From NCBI GenBank assembly GCA_904063045.1, contig CAJFCJ010000019.1, positions 858,570 to 922,569 on the forward strand: a stretch of DNA of 64,000 bases, written 5' to 3'. The notes below the pieces were generated by a model. That model did no database searches. It was not told the DNA's origin and worked only from the letters and a program-made list of their open reading frames with translations. The stretch comes from Dimorphilus gyrociliatus (lineage: Eukaryota > Animalia > Annelida). The translations under genes were made by a program, and so were the position numbers. Shown here one piece after another: positions 16,508-32,430 of the stretch. Numbering within the stretch: position 1 is the first letter of the stretch; each line of letters starts with the position of its first letter.

Positions 16508-16523
16508 CGCCACCAGATGGCAG
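16508..16523 (+). promoter_or_regulatory. CTCF-like motif CGCCACCAGATGGCAG
   Basis: Near-perfect CTCF core in intergenic DNA; a similar site GTCACCAGATGGCGA lies at 15216-15230. Confidence 0.6.
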
Positions 16524-16841
16524 GATTGAACGTAACAATACTATAATTTATTTTAGTTTCTACGTTTCAAACCCGTCTTGGCTTGCCCTTGTAAAAGCCA
16601 GTTGGTTAAGAATTTGACCATGTGTTCACGATATTAAAAAACGTTCATATTTCTTATCAAAAAAATAAGTTAAAACTTGAATGGGTAAAAGAAATTTTAT
16701 ATTTCCTCTTCATGGTCTCTCTCTTTCTCTGGCTTATTTGCATATGAAATAAGATCATATTTATTGATCTATTCGAGGGTTCAAGATAATAGAAAGTGAT
16801 TATTGGATCTAATTAATTAATAGTATATAGTTGGTAATAAG

Positions 16842-17539
16842 ATGAAATCGTCAAGACGATTGTTAAAAAGATTCTTTGTTCTCGGAATATTGTCTTTGTG
16901 TTTATATTATATTGTTAGAGGAGGAAATGCCCTTTTTAAAGGTACATTTTAAAATACATATTTCATGAATAACCCCAACAAGTACTATCCTTTTTTTCTT
17001 CAACTCTTTTTTTAGAGAAATCCCCTTCAGTCTGCGCAATAGAGGCTTGGTCGTCGAGGTTGGTCTCTAATAGTTTTTTATTGATATGGATGTCGCCAAG
17101 CCAAACCCTTAATCTATTGAATCGTATTGATTCGAAAAAAGACCTAACAGTTTTAACCTCCTTTAAAAACCTAAGAAGTGCGGCGGATGTGAAAGAGATA
17201 TCGAGTTTATACATTGCTCCAAAAGCTTGTAATTCTACTCGATTCAATAGTTTATTTATTGAACGATCAGTTGACGATGTTCATTTGCTAATTGACGAAT
17301 CGGCAAGTGAAACGGGTTTATTCAATTGTTTTATATCAATATTAGAGGCCGTATCGAAGTTTCATCGTAAATTAAATATATTGCTATATTTTCCTAGGGA
17401 CGTTTTTGATAATAGTATCTGTAAATTTGTGTTTAAATATGATAAAATAGATCATATACACTTCAAATCCATAGAATTGTATGCAAATACCTATACCAAT
17501 CTGTATGATCTTAACATTAAATATGGAATAATTGATTGA
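16842..17539 (+). CDS. Uncharacterised type II membrane protein (about 207 aa), 2 exons
   Basis: Exon 1 (16842-16941) MKSSRRLLKRFFVLGILSLCLYYIVRGGNALFK is a basic tail plus signal anchor. An intron (16942-17015, gt..ag) joins in phase 1 into the 17060-17539 ORF frame with no stop. Confidence 0.65.
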
Positions 17540-17697
17540 CATTGTATTATTATTATTATTTTTTAAAAGTTTTGTTTCTTTTGAGTGTACGTGCTCATAT
17601 ACATCAATAAACAACAATACATTAATCCGAGTAAACATGGCAAAATGAAAAGAAAAAAAAAACAAAATTGCGATAAAAACTGCCTAGACCAGTACTA

Positions 17698-20932
<3,235 letters not shown>

Positions 20933-21579
20933 GTTATACAATAACAAAACCTGTTCGATTACGCCAGTGTTCTCCTACGCCGACTGGCAAGTATGTCTCA
21001 AAAAAACTATATGACATAAAAAGTCCAACGAATGGGCAACTCGTTTATACGCAACACTGATTGCCTATTGGCTCATTCATTGCTCATAAATATGCATATA
21101 ATGAGATTCACTGTTGCTATCTTTATTAATTTTAGCTCTTTTTCTATATTTTTCTACATTTTATTAAGGAAATATCATCGTAAATCGAAAGTTTTAAGGA
21201 AGTTAAAAACTCGATGGCACTTTATTTAATAATTTACAATCGATCAATCAGGGTCAATAATTGGCCGTTTCCAAAAGCTACACTTTTGAACTAAACAAAT
21301 TACCGAATTGCATAGCGATTATCCTTAATCCTGCCTACAGAATTATTAAAAGTAAATTTTACTATAAGAATTTATAAAAGATAGGCATCATTCTGTGATT
21401 ATTGAACTCGTGAGTAACAGATGACTAGACGACTGAACAAAGCCTGTCCAAAATCGGTTTGACGAACATTTCTGTCATCTTTCAAAAGCATTACGTAATT
21501 TTGTAGAGATTAGCGAATTATTTGTGTTTTGTTTTTTTTGAGCTGATCGTTAATTTAAAATTGTCAAATAGGAACAAGT

Positions 21580-21611
<32 letters not shown>

Positions 21612-23566
21612 GATGGCAGCAACAAATATTCTAGTCTGAATTCAAGTTAAATAGAGCGAATGGCGCCGGACATCGAAAAATCGTATGAAATACAAATAAA
21701 TACATTATAACACGTGACGCTTAGCAGTCAAATTCAGCGTTCTAAATAGAAAAAAATTAGACTATGTCCTCTAAGGAGTTCACTTCCAATCACAACGATA
21801 TATTATATATACTGTATAAAGTAAAGCATTTGCTAACAAGGTACTTTTGTTTTTATACCTTTGCTTTTGTGAATCTCAGGCATTTTCTATAGGTGTTTCT
21901 CCAACTTTAACTCAGGTCCCTAGATAGGTTGCATTCTATAAATTAGCTGCATCTCGACCATCTCTTCCTTGTATTTAGATACAATGAAAATAAAAAACCG
22001 GGATTATCGACTATTGAGAACGAGTTTATCGCCAGGTGGCGTATATATCGAAGAAGACGCAGGGGCTAGCGAGGTTCCAACATTGCTTTCATACAAGGGA
22101 GCTGAATAACTAGAACAGGGAACCGAACTGTTCGTTTTTTCGGAAGCAGGTGCATTTAAAAATGCGTGACCCGTTTCCGTAAAGTATTAACTAAGCCCGG
22201 ATGGATGCAAAAATTAACGGTCCCCATTTTCCCGTTGTGTAACAAGGCCAAGTAATAAAGACGGCGGAAGCAATAAACAAAAATTATTGATTATTTTTTT
22301 TCTTAGTACCTCATTCTCTCGTTCTTTCGCTCTCTACTATATTTCCTTCATCTCTAATTAGTTATTTTCAGACAAAATGTAAACATATTTATTTTGGTGC
22401 GTAATAAAAGCGAAATACGAAAGTGAGCTTTAGAATATTCCAAACAAAGTTCGATTCTGATGTAGGTATACCACGATTGTTTGTGAATAATAAATAGTAG
22501 CAATGCCTATCAGTTGTTTACGACGATGTCGTTTTAATTTTAAGTCAGATATTAATAATAATGAGAAAGGTGAATGAACTATCAAAAAAAATGAAGGAAA
22601 CTAAAACTAATCGTTAATTAGAGCCTATTTACAATATAATCGTTCCGATTTTCTACCAGACATTCTAAAAAAGTTGAATGTACTTTAAACAGTTATCACC
22701 ATCTAAGATAGATGGCGTTAAGGTGATGGGGAAGCAACCCTCAAATCGATCCAAAGGAGAATTCAATTGTTAAAGATTCATTAAATACAAATCTGTCAAA
22801 CGCTATATGATGCTATTAAACTATTATACAATTTACGTAATATTTCCTTCTATCAAGAATTCATGCAAGACCCTGTCAATCGATTGTTCTAGGCCAACAC
22901 CTTAAAAACTCGTCCTACGCACAGTAGAAAGAAAAGCAACGATCGTCATACCATTTTGCAGCTCGAGTCTTTGCAATTTATATTCGTCGGTGTCTTCTTT
23001 TGAACCACTTGCCATTAGGGAAAAGTTTCGCTAATACAAGATAACCGTAGCAGAGATGAAACAGCCTTGTTCACCTATCCCATAAGCCTTACCGCCGGAA
23101 ATTGCTTTCTGCTTCGGACATGTGTAAATCGGCTTGCATAGCAACCATGCGCGTTGACATAAATCAAAGAAAATTTTAGAGCATTAGGTGCAAAGATCAA
23201 ACGATTAATTTATTTAGATTTCTTTATTAAACAGCCAATGTACATATGGTTATTGACCTATGGTTATCTTATAAGCGAGTATTGTTAGCCTGAAACTGAA
23301 AGTAACATATCAGTTTTGCAAATCATGTCTTCGAGAGCTGAAATATTCTGATATGCTACCAGTTGTAATTGTATCCTAAATTTTTAGGATTACCAACTGT
23401 AAGATCAAGGATTTATACTCTTAAAATGGTGTATGTTTGCAATGGGATCTAGTTTAATAGCGGCTATCCGATAAAATGTTACTCGTTCAACAGATGGCGC
23501 GTATGCAATTACACATTCAATTATCAGCTCATCAAATTGTATTGTTAGTATCAGTAAACGAAGGAT

Positions 23567-24163
<597 letters not shown>

Positions 24164-24324
24164 TTATACGTAATTTTTCGAATATTTTATATCAAATTTT
24201 AGCTTAATATGTTCTTAAAAATATGGATAATGCTTTTATTGGAAAATTTTTAGTTCAATGTCAGGATTTATATTTAAAAAATGAAATTTTTAATCAACCT
24301 GCTAAAATCAGAGAACAGCAAACC

Positions 24325-24335
24325 GGAAAAGGAAG
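24325..24335 (-). promoter_or_regulatory. TCT/5'-TOP pyrimidine initiator CTTCCTTTTCC of RPS27A
   Basis: Pyrimidine tract typical of ribosomal-protein start sites, about 200 nt upstream of the ATG. A 5'UTR acceptor (ttacag|AAGAAGCCATG) lies just before the ATG. Confidence 0.65.
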
Positions 24336-24906
24336 TAGGCTCGTTCTGTCCGGAAAATATGTATTAATTTTCCGAATCGTACAAAATATTTACTTTCAAA
24401 AAATACCAGGCATCAGTAAAAAAAAAGTACTGATATTGAATCACCAACAAAAAGATTTTTTGTTTGTTTATGACGACAATAATAGCGTTGTCAACATAAT
24501 ATTTACAACGTTACATTACAAAAGAAATTGAATAAAATTATTGTGACTATTTTATTCAATTACTTAATATAATTATGTTGATAAAGAAAGCTAATTGTAA
24601 GCATAATTAACTGTCCACTAACAAATATATTTGTAATAAGATAAATACAGAAAGACAATACAAATATGTATATGTATATTTATAAATGAAATGTTAAATT
24701 ATTTAGCTTATTTTAGTGTTTTTTTTGTTGCAGTAGATGCTTCTGTGAAAAAAATTCTGCACACTAGTTAGCAAGACCCCTTTCAAGAGTCTGTTTACAA
24801 GTTGTTCTATTTATAAAATATTACGAAACAAACACGGACAGCGCAACATAAAAAGAAGTATTTGATGGGCGTATAATAATAGAGATCACATCGTCAAAAC
24901 AACAAG

Positions 24907-26171
24907 ATGTCTGACTTTCCAGAGGTCGATTCTCATTTCCGTTAGTAATTATAAGAAATTATAAAAATTTTTTGACTAAAAAAGTTTCCAATTCAACGCA
25001 GATGTATGGAGTGTGTCAGAATTCGAGTATGATTTCCTAAAGGTGGAAGAATGCAAAATCTTATATCGCAATATATCAGTGGAGGAGTATGATGATAATA
25101 GAAGGAAAACACCTATTAAATATAGCATTTTTGTACAATGCCTAAATAAGTGCATAGCAGAGACAGGTTAATCCAATATGTCAATTTTTTTTTTTATAAG
25201 TCAATAACTACATTTATAATTAATTTTCTAAAACAGAGATTATTATAAAGGAAGCTGAAAGACATACTTTTATCAAAGGTGTAGTTGCTGGCTTAGATAT
25301 AACTAATGGGAATGTATGTACTAATCTTTCATAATAATTAAAAAATGTTTTCCTAATATTAAAATACTATCATCTGTTTAGTTGCGTCAGGAGATTGAGA
25401 GATTAAGATCACAGTCTAAACTATTAGTTGGTATAAGACACATCTTAGATGACGAGGAAGAGTCATGGTTAACTCGTGAGGATGTTCATTGTGGTTTAAA
25501 GATACTAGAAGAAGAGAATTTAACTTTTGATCTCTTACTAAGGTTTTTTCTTAAATGATTAAATGCAATTGAATTTAATTGTTTGTTGGTTGTTTTTTTT
25601 TTATTATCTCAGACCAAACTTAATTAAGTATGCACAAGAACTTCCAAAAAAATTCCCAAAGTAAGTAAAAATATTACTTTTCCCTCTCTTCATTCTCTTA
25701 GCTCGCTCTCTTTAATCTATGAATTATATTCTTAGATTGAAAATGGTTGTTGATCATATGGCAAAGCCAAATATTAAAGATAAAGAAATTGAAGAATGGA
25801 AATCCGACATAGAAAAAATAGGAAAATATTCTAATGTTTATTGTAAAATGTATGTATAAAATCATAAAGGGAGACATTATTAATGATCATTTTAATATTT
25901 TACATTATATAGTTCTGGTCTTGTTACTGAAGCCGATTGGGATAATTGGAAAGAAAGCGATTTTGAACCGTATATTAAACATATCTTGGACACTTTTGGT
26001 CTGGAACGTTGTATGTTCGGATCAGATTGGCCAGTATGCCGTTTAGCTAAAGCGGATTATAAGGATGTGTATAATCTGTATAAGAACATTTTACGAAAAT
26101 ATTTAAATGATAGTGAAGTGACCTTGATCATGGGACGAAATGCTATTCAATTTTATGGACTCTCTCTATAA
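24907..26171 (+). CDS. Amidohydrolase_2 family protein, L-fuconolactone hydrolase/LigI-like (about 283 aa, 7 exons)
   Basis: Six GT-AG introns. Motifs DSHFHVW (DxHxH), LVGIRHIL, VVDHMAKP, YCKISGL and RCMFGSDWPV. Confidence 0.88.
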
Positions 26172-26553
26172 TTTATTATGCAATTTGGAATTTATATATG
26201 AAATAAAGAAATAGCAGAGTATATATTTCGAAGATATAACAATTGTTCAACAAAGTATTCATATAAATTAAAACCGGAATTAAAAGCTATTTACTTAACA
26301 GTAGATCTCCTGTAATCGGGGATGATTACTCATAAACCTGCTAAATTATTTACTACTTAAAGTGAATAACCCTTATTTAGGTTCACTCGTCGTTCCTTAA
26401 TATAGTTATTTTTATTTAGACTTCGTATTCATTCGTTCCTTTCATTTTCTTATTTTGGAGTGGTTTCATTTCCGTTGACCTGTTTTTATATGAAAGGAAT
26501 TTGAATAAAGTTGACGCTTTATCGACCAGATAAATTATAGTTTATACTTAAAC

Positions 26554-29500
26554 TTACGCCGGTGACGACAAGCTCGTATCGGTAGCTTTATATCCCACTA
26601 TTATTAATATAATACTGAGCACGAGAAACAGTAAAACAGGCGCACCAATTATAATAACCAATGGAATGATTATTAGCTTTTGCCTGTTCGTTAAGCCACT
26701 GGATTTTCTATTTATAATTTTACTTATAGTTGATAAAATTGTTGGCTCTATTGTAATAGCTAGAAGAGAGGTTCTTGCTGGTAATCTAGTGGTGGTTTCC
26801 TGCTGAGTCGTAGTTGTTTGTCTATCTTTAATGATCCATTGTCCGTCAACCATAACATAACGAATACCATCTATAAGTTTTTCTTTTGAAACAATTACCC
26901 ATTCGCCATTTATAAGTTCATATATGTAATATATTCCATTTATTAGTTCCTCCTTGGTCATAGCTATCCATTTTCCATCAACTAATATATATCTTTTTCC
27001 ATTCATAACCTTTTCGGTTGCTACCAATACCCATTTTCCGTTGATATATTTATACTTATAATAAATTCCATCTTTATACGTTTCCTTAAGCGTTGGAACC
27101 CATTTTCCATTAACGTATTCGTAGCGAATTTCTGTCCCATCTATCCGTTCCACTTTGCTTTTTGGAACAAGTTTACCATCTATGACTTCATACTCGTAAT
27201 CAGCGGTGCTATCAGCTTTCCCTGGAGTCGTTTCTACAAATTTTCCATCTATCAGTTCAAAGCGCCTTCGTTTCCCATTTACAAAAGTTTCCATAACAAC
27301 TAGTATCCATTTTCCATTTATATATGCATATTGATAAAAGTTTCCATCTATCCATTTTTTCATGATTGACTTAATCCATTCATTATTTACTAGTTTATAT
27401 ATATAAAGACTCCCATTTATCCACACTTCTTTTATGTACGTACCATTGACAAGGATGACACTGAATGGTGAAGTAGCATCTATACTTGTAGTTAAAGATT
27501 CTGTTGTCGGCTTATTTGTAGTTGAACTTTGTTTAGGTGTAGTTACTAATATATTCTTATTAGTACCAGTAAGGGACTCTGCTAATGATGACGTTTGTAT
27601 GGGTGACATGGATGACGTAAATTTTTTAGTTGTTGTAGTTGAAGATTGAAGTTTGGTTATAGGGGGATTTGTTACCGTAGTTTTATCAAATGTTATACCC
27701 TGAGTGGAAGGTCGGTTTGTTGTGGGATAGTTCTAAGAGGTAAAGTAGTTTTTATTTAAACGAATTATTTTTAATGGAAATACCTTTACAAGTTTCGTCG
27801 ATGTTACGAAAGTGGTAATCCTGATAGTAGTTGTTATATCGTTGGCAGTTGTTTCAGGCTTAACAGAAGTTATTCGATTTCCATTTGGCAAAATAGGAAC
27901 CCATTTACCATCAATAACGCGTCCAACTACATAAGTTCCGTTTATCCATATTCCTATATAAATTGTACCGTTGATAATACTAATGTTAAATCCATTCGTC
28001 AGGTTAACATTTGGTAAATTAATTTTACTTCCATTTAAAAAGATACCGCCATTTGTAACGTCTATACTGTTGTTGTGATTAGCAGCGTTTGAGGGTTCAG
28101 TAGATAGATTTTTATCATCAGTAGTAGTCGAATCGAACCCCATTGGAGTAGTGGAAGGAAACGTTGGCAATGATTTTGTTGTAAGCGGCTTTGTGGTTAT
28201 TTCTTGGGCTACTTGAGTTGTAATTTCATTTGGAGAATCAATACGAATCCATTTGCCATTTACAATCTTTCCAATATAATAAGTCCCATTTATCCATATT
28301 CCCAAGAAAACTGTCCCATTAATTTCGGTTCTATTGCCAATCGTAAATGTTTGATTTTCAAAAATACCTGTAATATAAGGTACTGTGACAAGTGGTGGAG
28401 CAGACTTTGAAGTTGGTTTCTCAATTTCTGGCGTTGTTGTGATGTGAATTTGCGCTTTAATCGTCACATTTTGATTGTTTGGTTGCGTAAATTGATTTTC
28501 TATAGTTCCGTTATAGAAAAGATCTTCATCTATGAGTCCGTCACTGTCATCGTCTATTCCATTTTTGATTTCTTCGTCTGTTAATTGATCGCAATCGTTG
28601 TCAAAACCATCATTATAATGAGAAACACTTGGTGTACAAGGATAAGGTAAAATGTTCACTTGCAGACCAAGAGGATGAGCATACATTTCTTGCAATCTCA
28701 TACCATAAGCTACGGCAAAGAATTTTTCATCATTAAGCATTGTTAACGTATGTCGAACAGATAAACTGCTCAATTCTACTCTGATAACCGAATAATTAGA
28801 ATGCTTTACTGTTCTCCAACCTTCATTATTCCAATAACTTAGTTCACTGGCAAGGGGTTTGTCATCAAATCTAAGGGATTCTTCTTTTCCAGACGGAACA
28901 ATAATATTGACGTAATTTTGATAAGAATCATGTAGAGATGCCAATGTTACAAATGAAATATTCGATGTAAATTGTACACTTGGTGGTAAAAGGGTCATTG
29001 AAGGGTCTGTTAATTTATGATTATCAGCCGAAAATGATTTACTAAAATGGGCTGTTAAAACTCCTTTACTAGAAACAATATAGCCTAAATCTTCCGAATC
29101 CAAGTCCAAATCAAAGTAATCGCCTCCATTTATAGTTTTAATTTGGTGAGTACCCGGTCGACTATTTCGATAAATACGTAAAAGGGTTTCATCACTCTTC
29201 GCCAATATCCTAAAAATATCTCCAGAACTACGATTAGCAAATGGTACAGCAATAAATTCAGTTCCCCATCTATCTAAAGGTATCATCTGTTCTAGTAATT
29301 GATCACCCATTTCTAAACCTCCTATAGATGTCCAAACGGATCCGGCTAAAGCAACCACAGGTTGCGTGGACACAATTTTGGTGCCTGTTAGATCGTATTG
29401 ACTTTGTATCTATGAGAAAGAAGCATTAGCAGAGTTATTTAGAAAATGGAATAGTATAATAAACGTTAGAAAGCATTATTTACTTGTATAATTTCCATTT

Positions 29501-30159
29501 CTGCTAATTCTATTTTAGCTACGTTTTTTAGAGGACCAGAATAGAAATTTCGTGTAACTGAAGGCATTTCAGGTAAATTCTCAGGGAAGAATAGATGAAC
29601 AATTGTTAATTTTGTTGGATATGTACCAATTATTCCAATTTGACACGGACCTTGCCTATGTCTTGGCCCTAATTTTTTATTTGCCATATTTAATAAACAT
29701 TTCTAAAAGACGTTAAAACTCACCTAAATAGTGTTTATCGTAAATATACTGGTAGGTAATAATATAGTATTCTTTGCTCAGAGTATCTAAAGGTAAAGCT
29801 AAATATGCATCACTAGACAGGTCATTAATACTGCCAGCTTGAACGGTTATATCCTCAGAAGCCGATATCATAAGTCCTTTCATTTGTTTATTATTACCTT
29901 CAATATGAACTGACGTATTGAAATTAACAACTTGCATACTATTTCTTTTTATAGTCACGTTTTGATAAATCCTTTGAAAAGGAGCAGATATTTCAACTTG
30001 AACATCATTATTAGATTGGCTAGAAAGATAAATTCTTGCTACTGGATCAGTATAATGTAAAATTCTATTTTCAAGAAAACCAATGATGAACTTTTTTCCA
30101 CGATGATCCTGCCGACTTGTTGCCATACTTAGAACACTCATTAAGATTAAAAAGTACAT
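26554..30159 (-). CDS. Single-pass membrane protein: signal peptide, IgGFc-binding N-terminal domain, Asp-rich repeats, mucin-like Thr-rich segments, beta-hairpin repeats, TM helix
   Basis: Exons 30159-29724, 29668-~29486, ~29411-27784 and 27732-26554. Signal peptide MYFLILMSVLSMATS; IgGFc-binding hallmarks (GKKFIIGFLEN, SSDAYLALPLDTLSKEY, YDLTGTKIVSTQPV, QLLEQMIPLDRWGTEF, DPSMTLLPP); TM helix LIIIPLVIIIGAPVLLFLVLSIILIIV; short tail. Confidence 0.85.
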
Positions 30160-32280
30160 ATTTCGTATTCAAAAGATATATTTAAAATGACAGAATAACT
30201 GAGAAAAAAATGAACGAAAACAACTTCTCCATTATTAATTATCTGTAAATTCCCAAAAGAAAAACCGGGAAGGAAGGTAATGATTAATTAAATAATAAAG
30301 AATTTAATCAGTTCTAGAGCGGTTGAAAAGGTAAAAAAACAGATCAAATGATGAAGTGAATAACCTAAAAATAGTTTGATTTTTTTTCTTTTAATTAGTT
30401 ATAAACTATTAATAATAATTATTATTATAGATTTGTGATTTACGGATATATCTATATATATATATATATGTTTTTCTCTTACTACGTAATAATTTCTTTA
30501 ATTAAGACGCTAACTTTAGATAGTTTCTTTCTAAATTAAATTCTTTTAAATTTAATCTATTGTGTTATTTATAATTTATTAGTCTGTTTGTCTTAATATT
30601 CCATAAAAATAGATAAATAGAATATTTTTTACGGATCTCATTAAAAAATTGAGGATAAGTTTTAACTGGGTCAATTCTAATTTTAAATAAAAAGTGAATA
30701 TTTTCATCGTTCTCTTCCTAAGTATAGATGGCGCTTTTCATTGTGATAACTTTGTTTACAGACTTAATATTGTAAAAACTACAAATCGACAAAATGTTTA
30801 GATATAGGGTTACCTAAATTCAGAAATAGGATGATTAAATTGTATGTGCTAAAAGTCTTCAAAGTAATCAAGTACGAGGTGTAATGAAATGCAATATTTA
30901 TTAGCCATTTACTCGACAGTACGAAAAATAGAATTCTTTTTAAGAAAAATGGCTAAGTATTCCGATTTTGAAAGTACGATACCAATAAAATCTTTAATTA
31001 AGTATAGTTCATAGTGGAAAATTGAAGTGAGCGATCCGTATATTGATAAAAGGTTTTATAAAGGAAGTTTTATACGAAAGTAGAGGAACTAAGGAAAAAC
31101 AAGCGTTAAATTGTATCCTAAGTAGTTTTATTAAAAAAGTATGTCTAGATATTTTTAGTCGTTTGTATTTATAATGAAATTCAACTTTTTTTCCCATTGA
31201 CTAAAGTTTCAAAAACAATATTTGTATTAATTAAAATTCCATTTAATGTTTTTACTAGTGCATTAAATATCTCTCTTCACGCTCAACAAGTGTTTTTCTT
31301 TAAATATTACAGCTTGTCAGTCAAATGAGAAAAATATATAATTGTAACGAATATGACATATACAGTATATATACTAAATCCTACTTGGGCGATATTATAG
31401 TATTTGATTGACCCTTTATTAAACAATAAAATTAATATTACATTATCGCCCTTTCTATTTTTTTTTACGTTCAGAATTATTTCGTCCCTGAGGAATTTAT
31501 TCTCTCAAAAAAAAAATTAACGTATAGTATACACATTAAAACGTAATAATTACGACTAAGAAAAATAAACACCCAGCATGAAAAGTTTAAATGATGAAAT
31601 AAACAGAAAAGATAGATAAGCTAGGAAACTAAAAATATACTTTTTAGAGTGTGATAAAATTTTAAACCTAAGATTTTATATAGTCATTTTTTTATTTGAG
31701 TAACTAATAAACATTTTCCCAGCAGTTTTTATATATATAAATAGGCGATATTTATTCTTCTTTCTTTTATGTAGATATATTTTATTTTGAAGTTTTAATG
31801 CTTTCTTTATATGGAAAACGACTAGTAAGAGCAGAATGATAATAATAAATAAATAATATATATGTATCACGATTATCGCCATTACTATTAGTAATCATTT
31901 TCTAGAATATTATTAGTCTTTCTGTTGCGTGTATGTGTGTAACAATTCAACAAAAATTATAAGAGAGAGAGAGAAAGAAAGAGAGGATAAGATGAAAAAG
32001 GTAAAAGAAAAAAAAAACAAAAATACAAAACAATGAGGAAAAAGTAGGTTTGTGTAGGTGTGAGGGAGGAGAGGAGGAAGGGGAGAGGGGGTCAGAGAAA
32101 AAGAAACAAAAAAACAAAACTCTCCGTCATCGGTTCGTATAATGATATAAATAAAAAGACACACATAATATGCTTATTATTTTTTTATGTACATTATTTT
32201 GCATAGTTGATAAAAGCTGATTTTTATACAAAAAAGCTTCAGGATGGATAGAAAGAATGTTCTCGTTATAAGAAACAAAA

Positions 32281-32315
<35 letters not shown>

Positions 32316-32430
32316 CTTTCTTTCTCGTTTTTTTGTACATGAAAGCTCGTTTAATCGACTAGGAGAAAAAAAAGCTCCCCTTCGTTTTTTGTTTTTTTTT
32401 CGTCTCTCCCTCTCTCTCTCGCTCTATCTT

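Noticed and set aside
17060-17539. HORMA-domain assignment for the 159-aa ORF
   Set aside because: No HORMA motifs; the upstream signal-anchor exon points to a luminal protein.
22060-22140. Hairpin GAACAG/CTGTTC followed by T5, as a Pol III RNA
   Set aside because: Only short stems, no A/B boxes, no family similarity.
22840-23180. Exon-like minus-strand segments (MSTRMVAMQ.., MASGSKEDT..) with GT donors
   Set aside because: Every splice combination I tried hits a stop within a few codons; possibly UTR or lncRNA, but unsupported.
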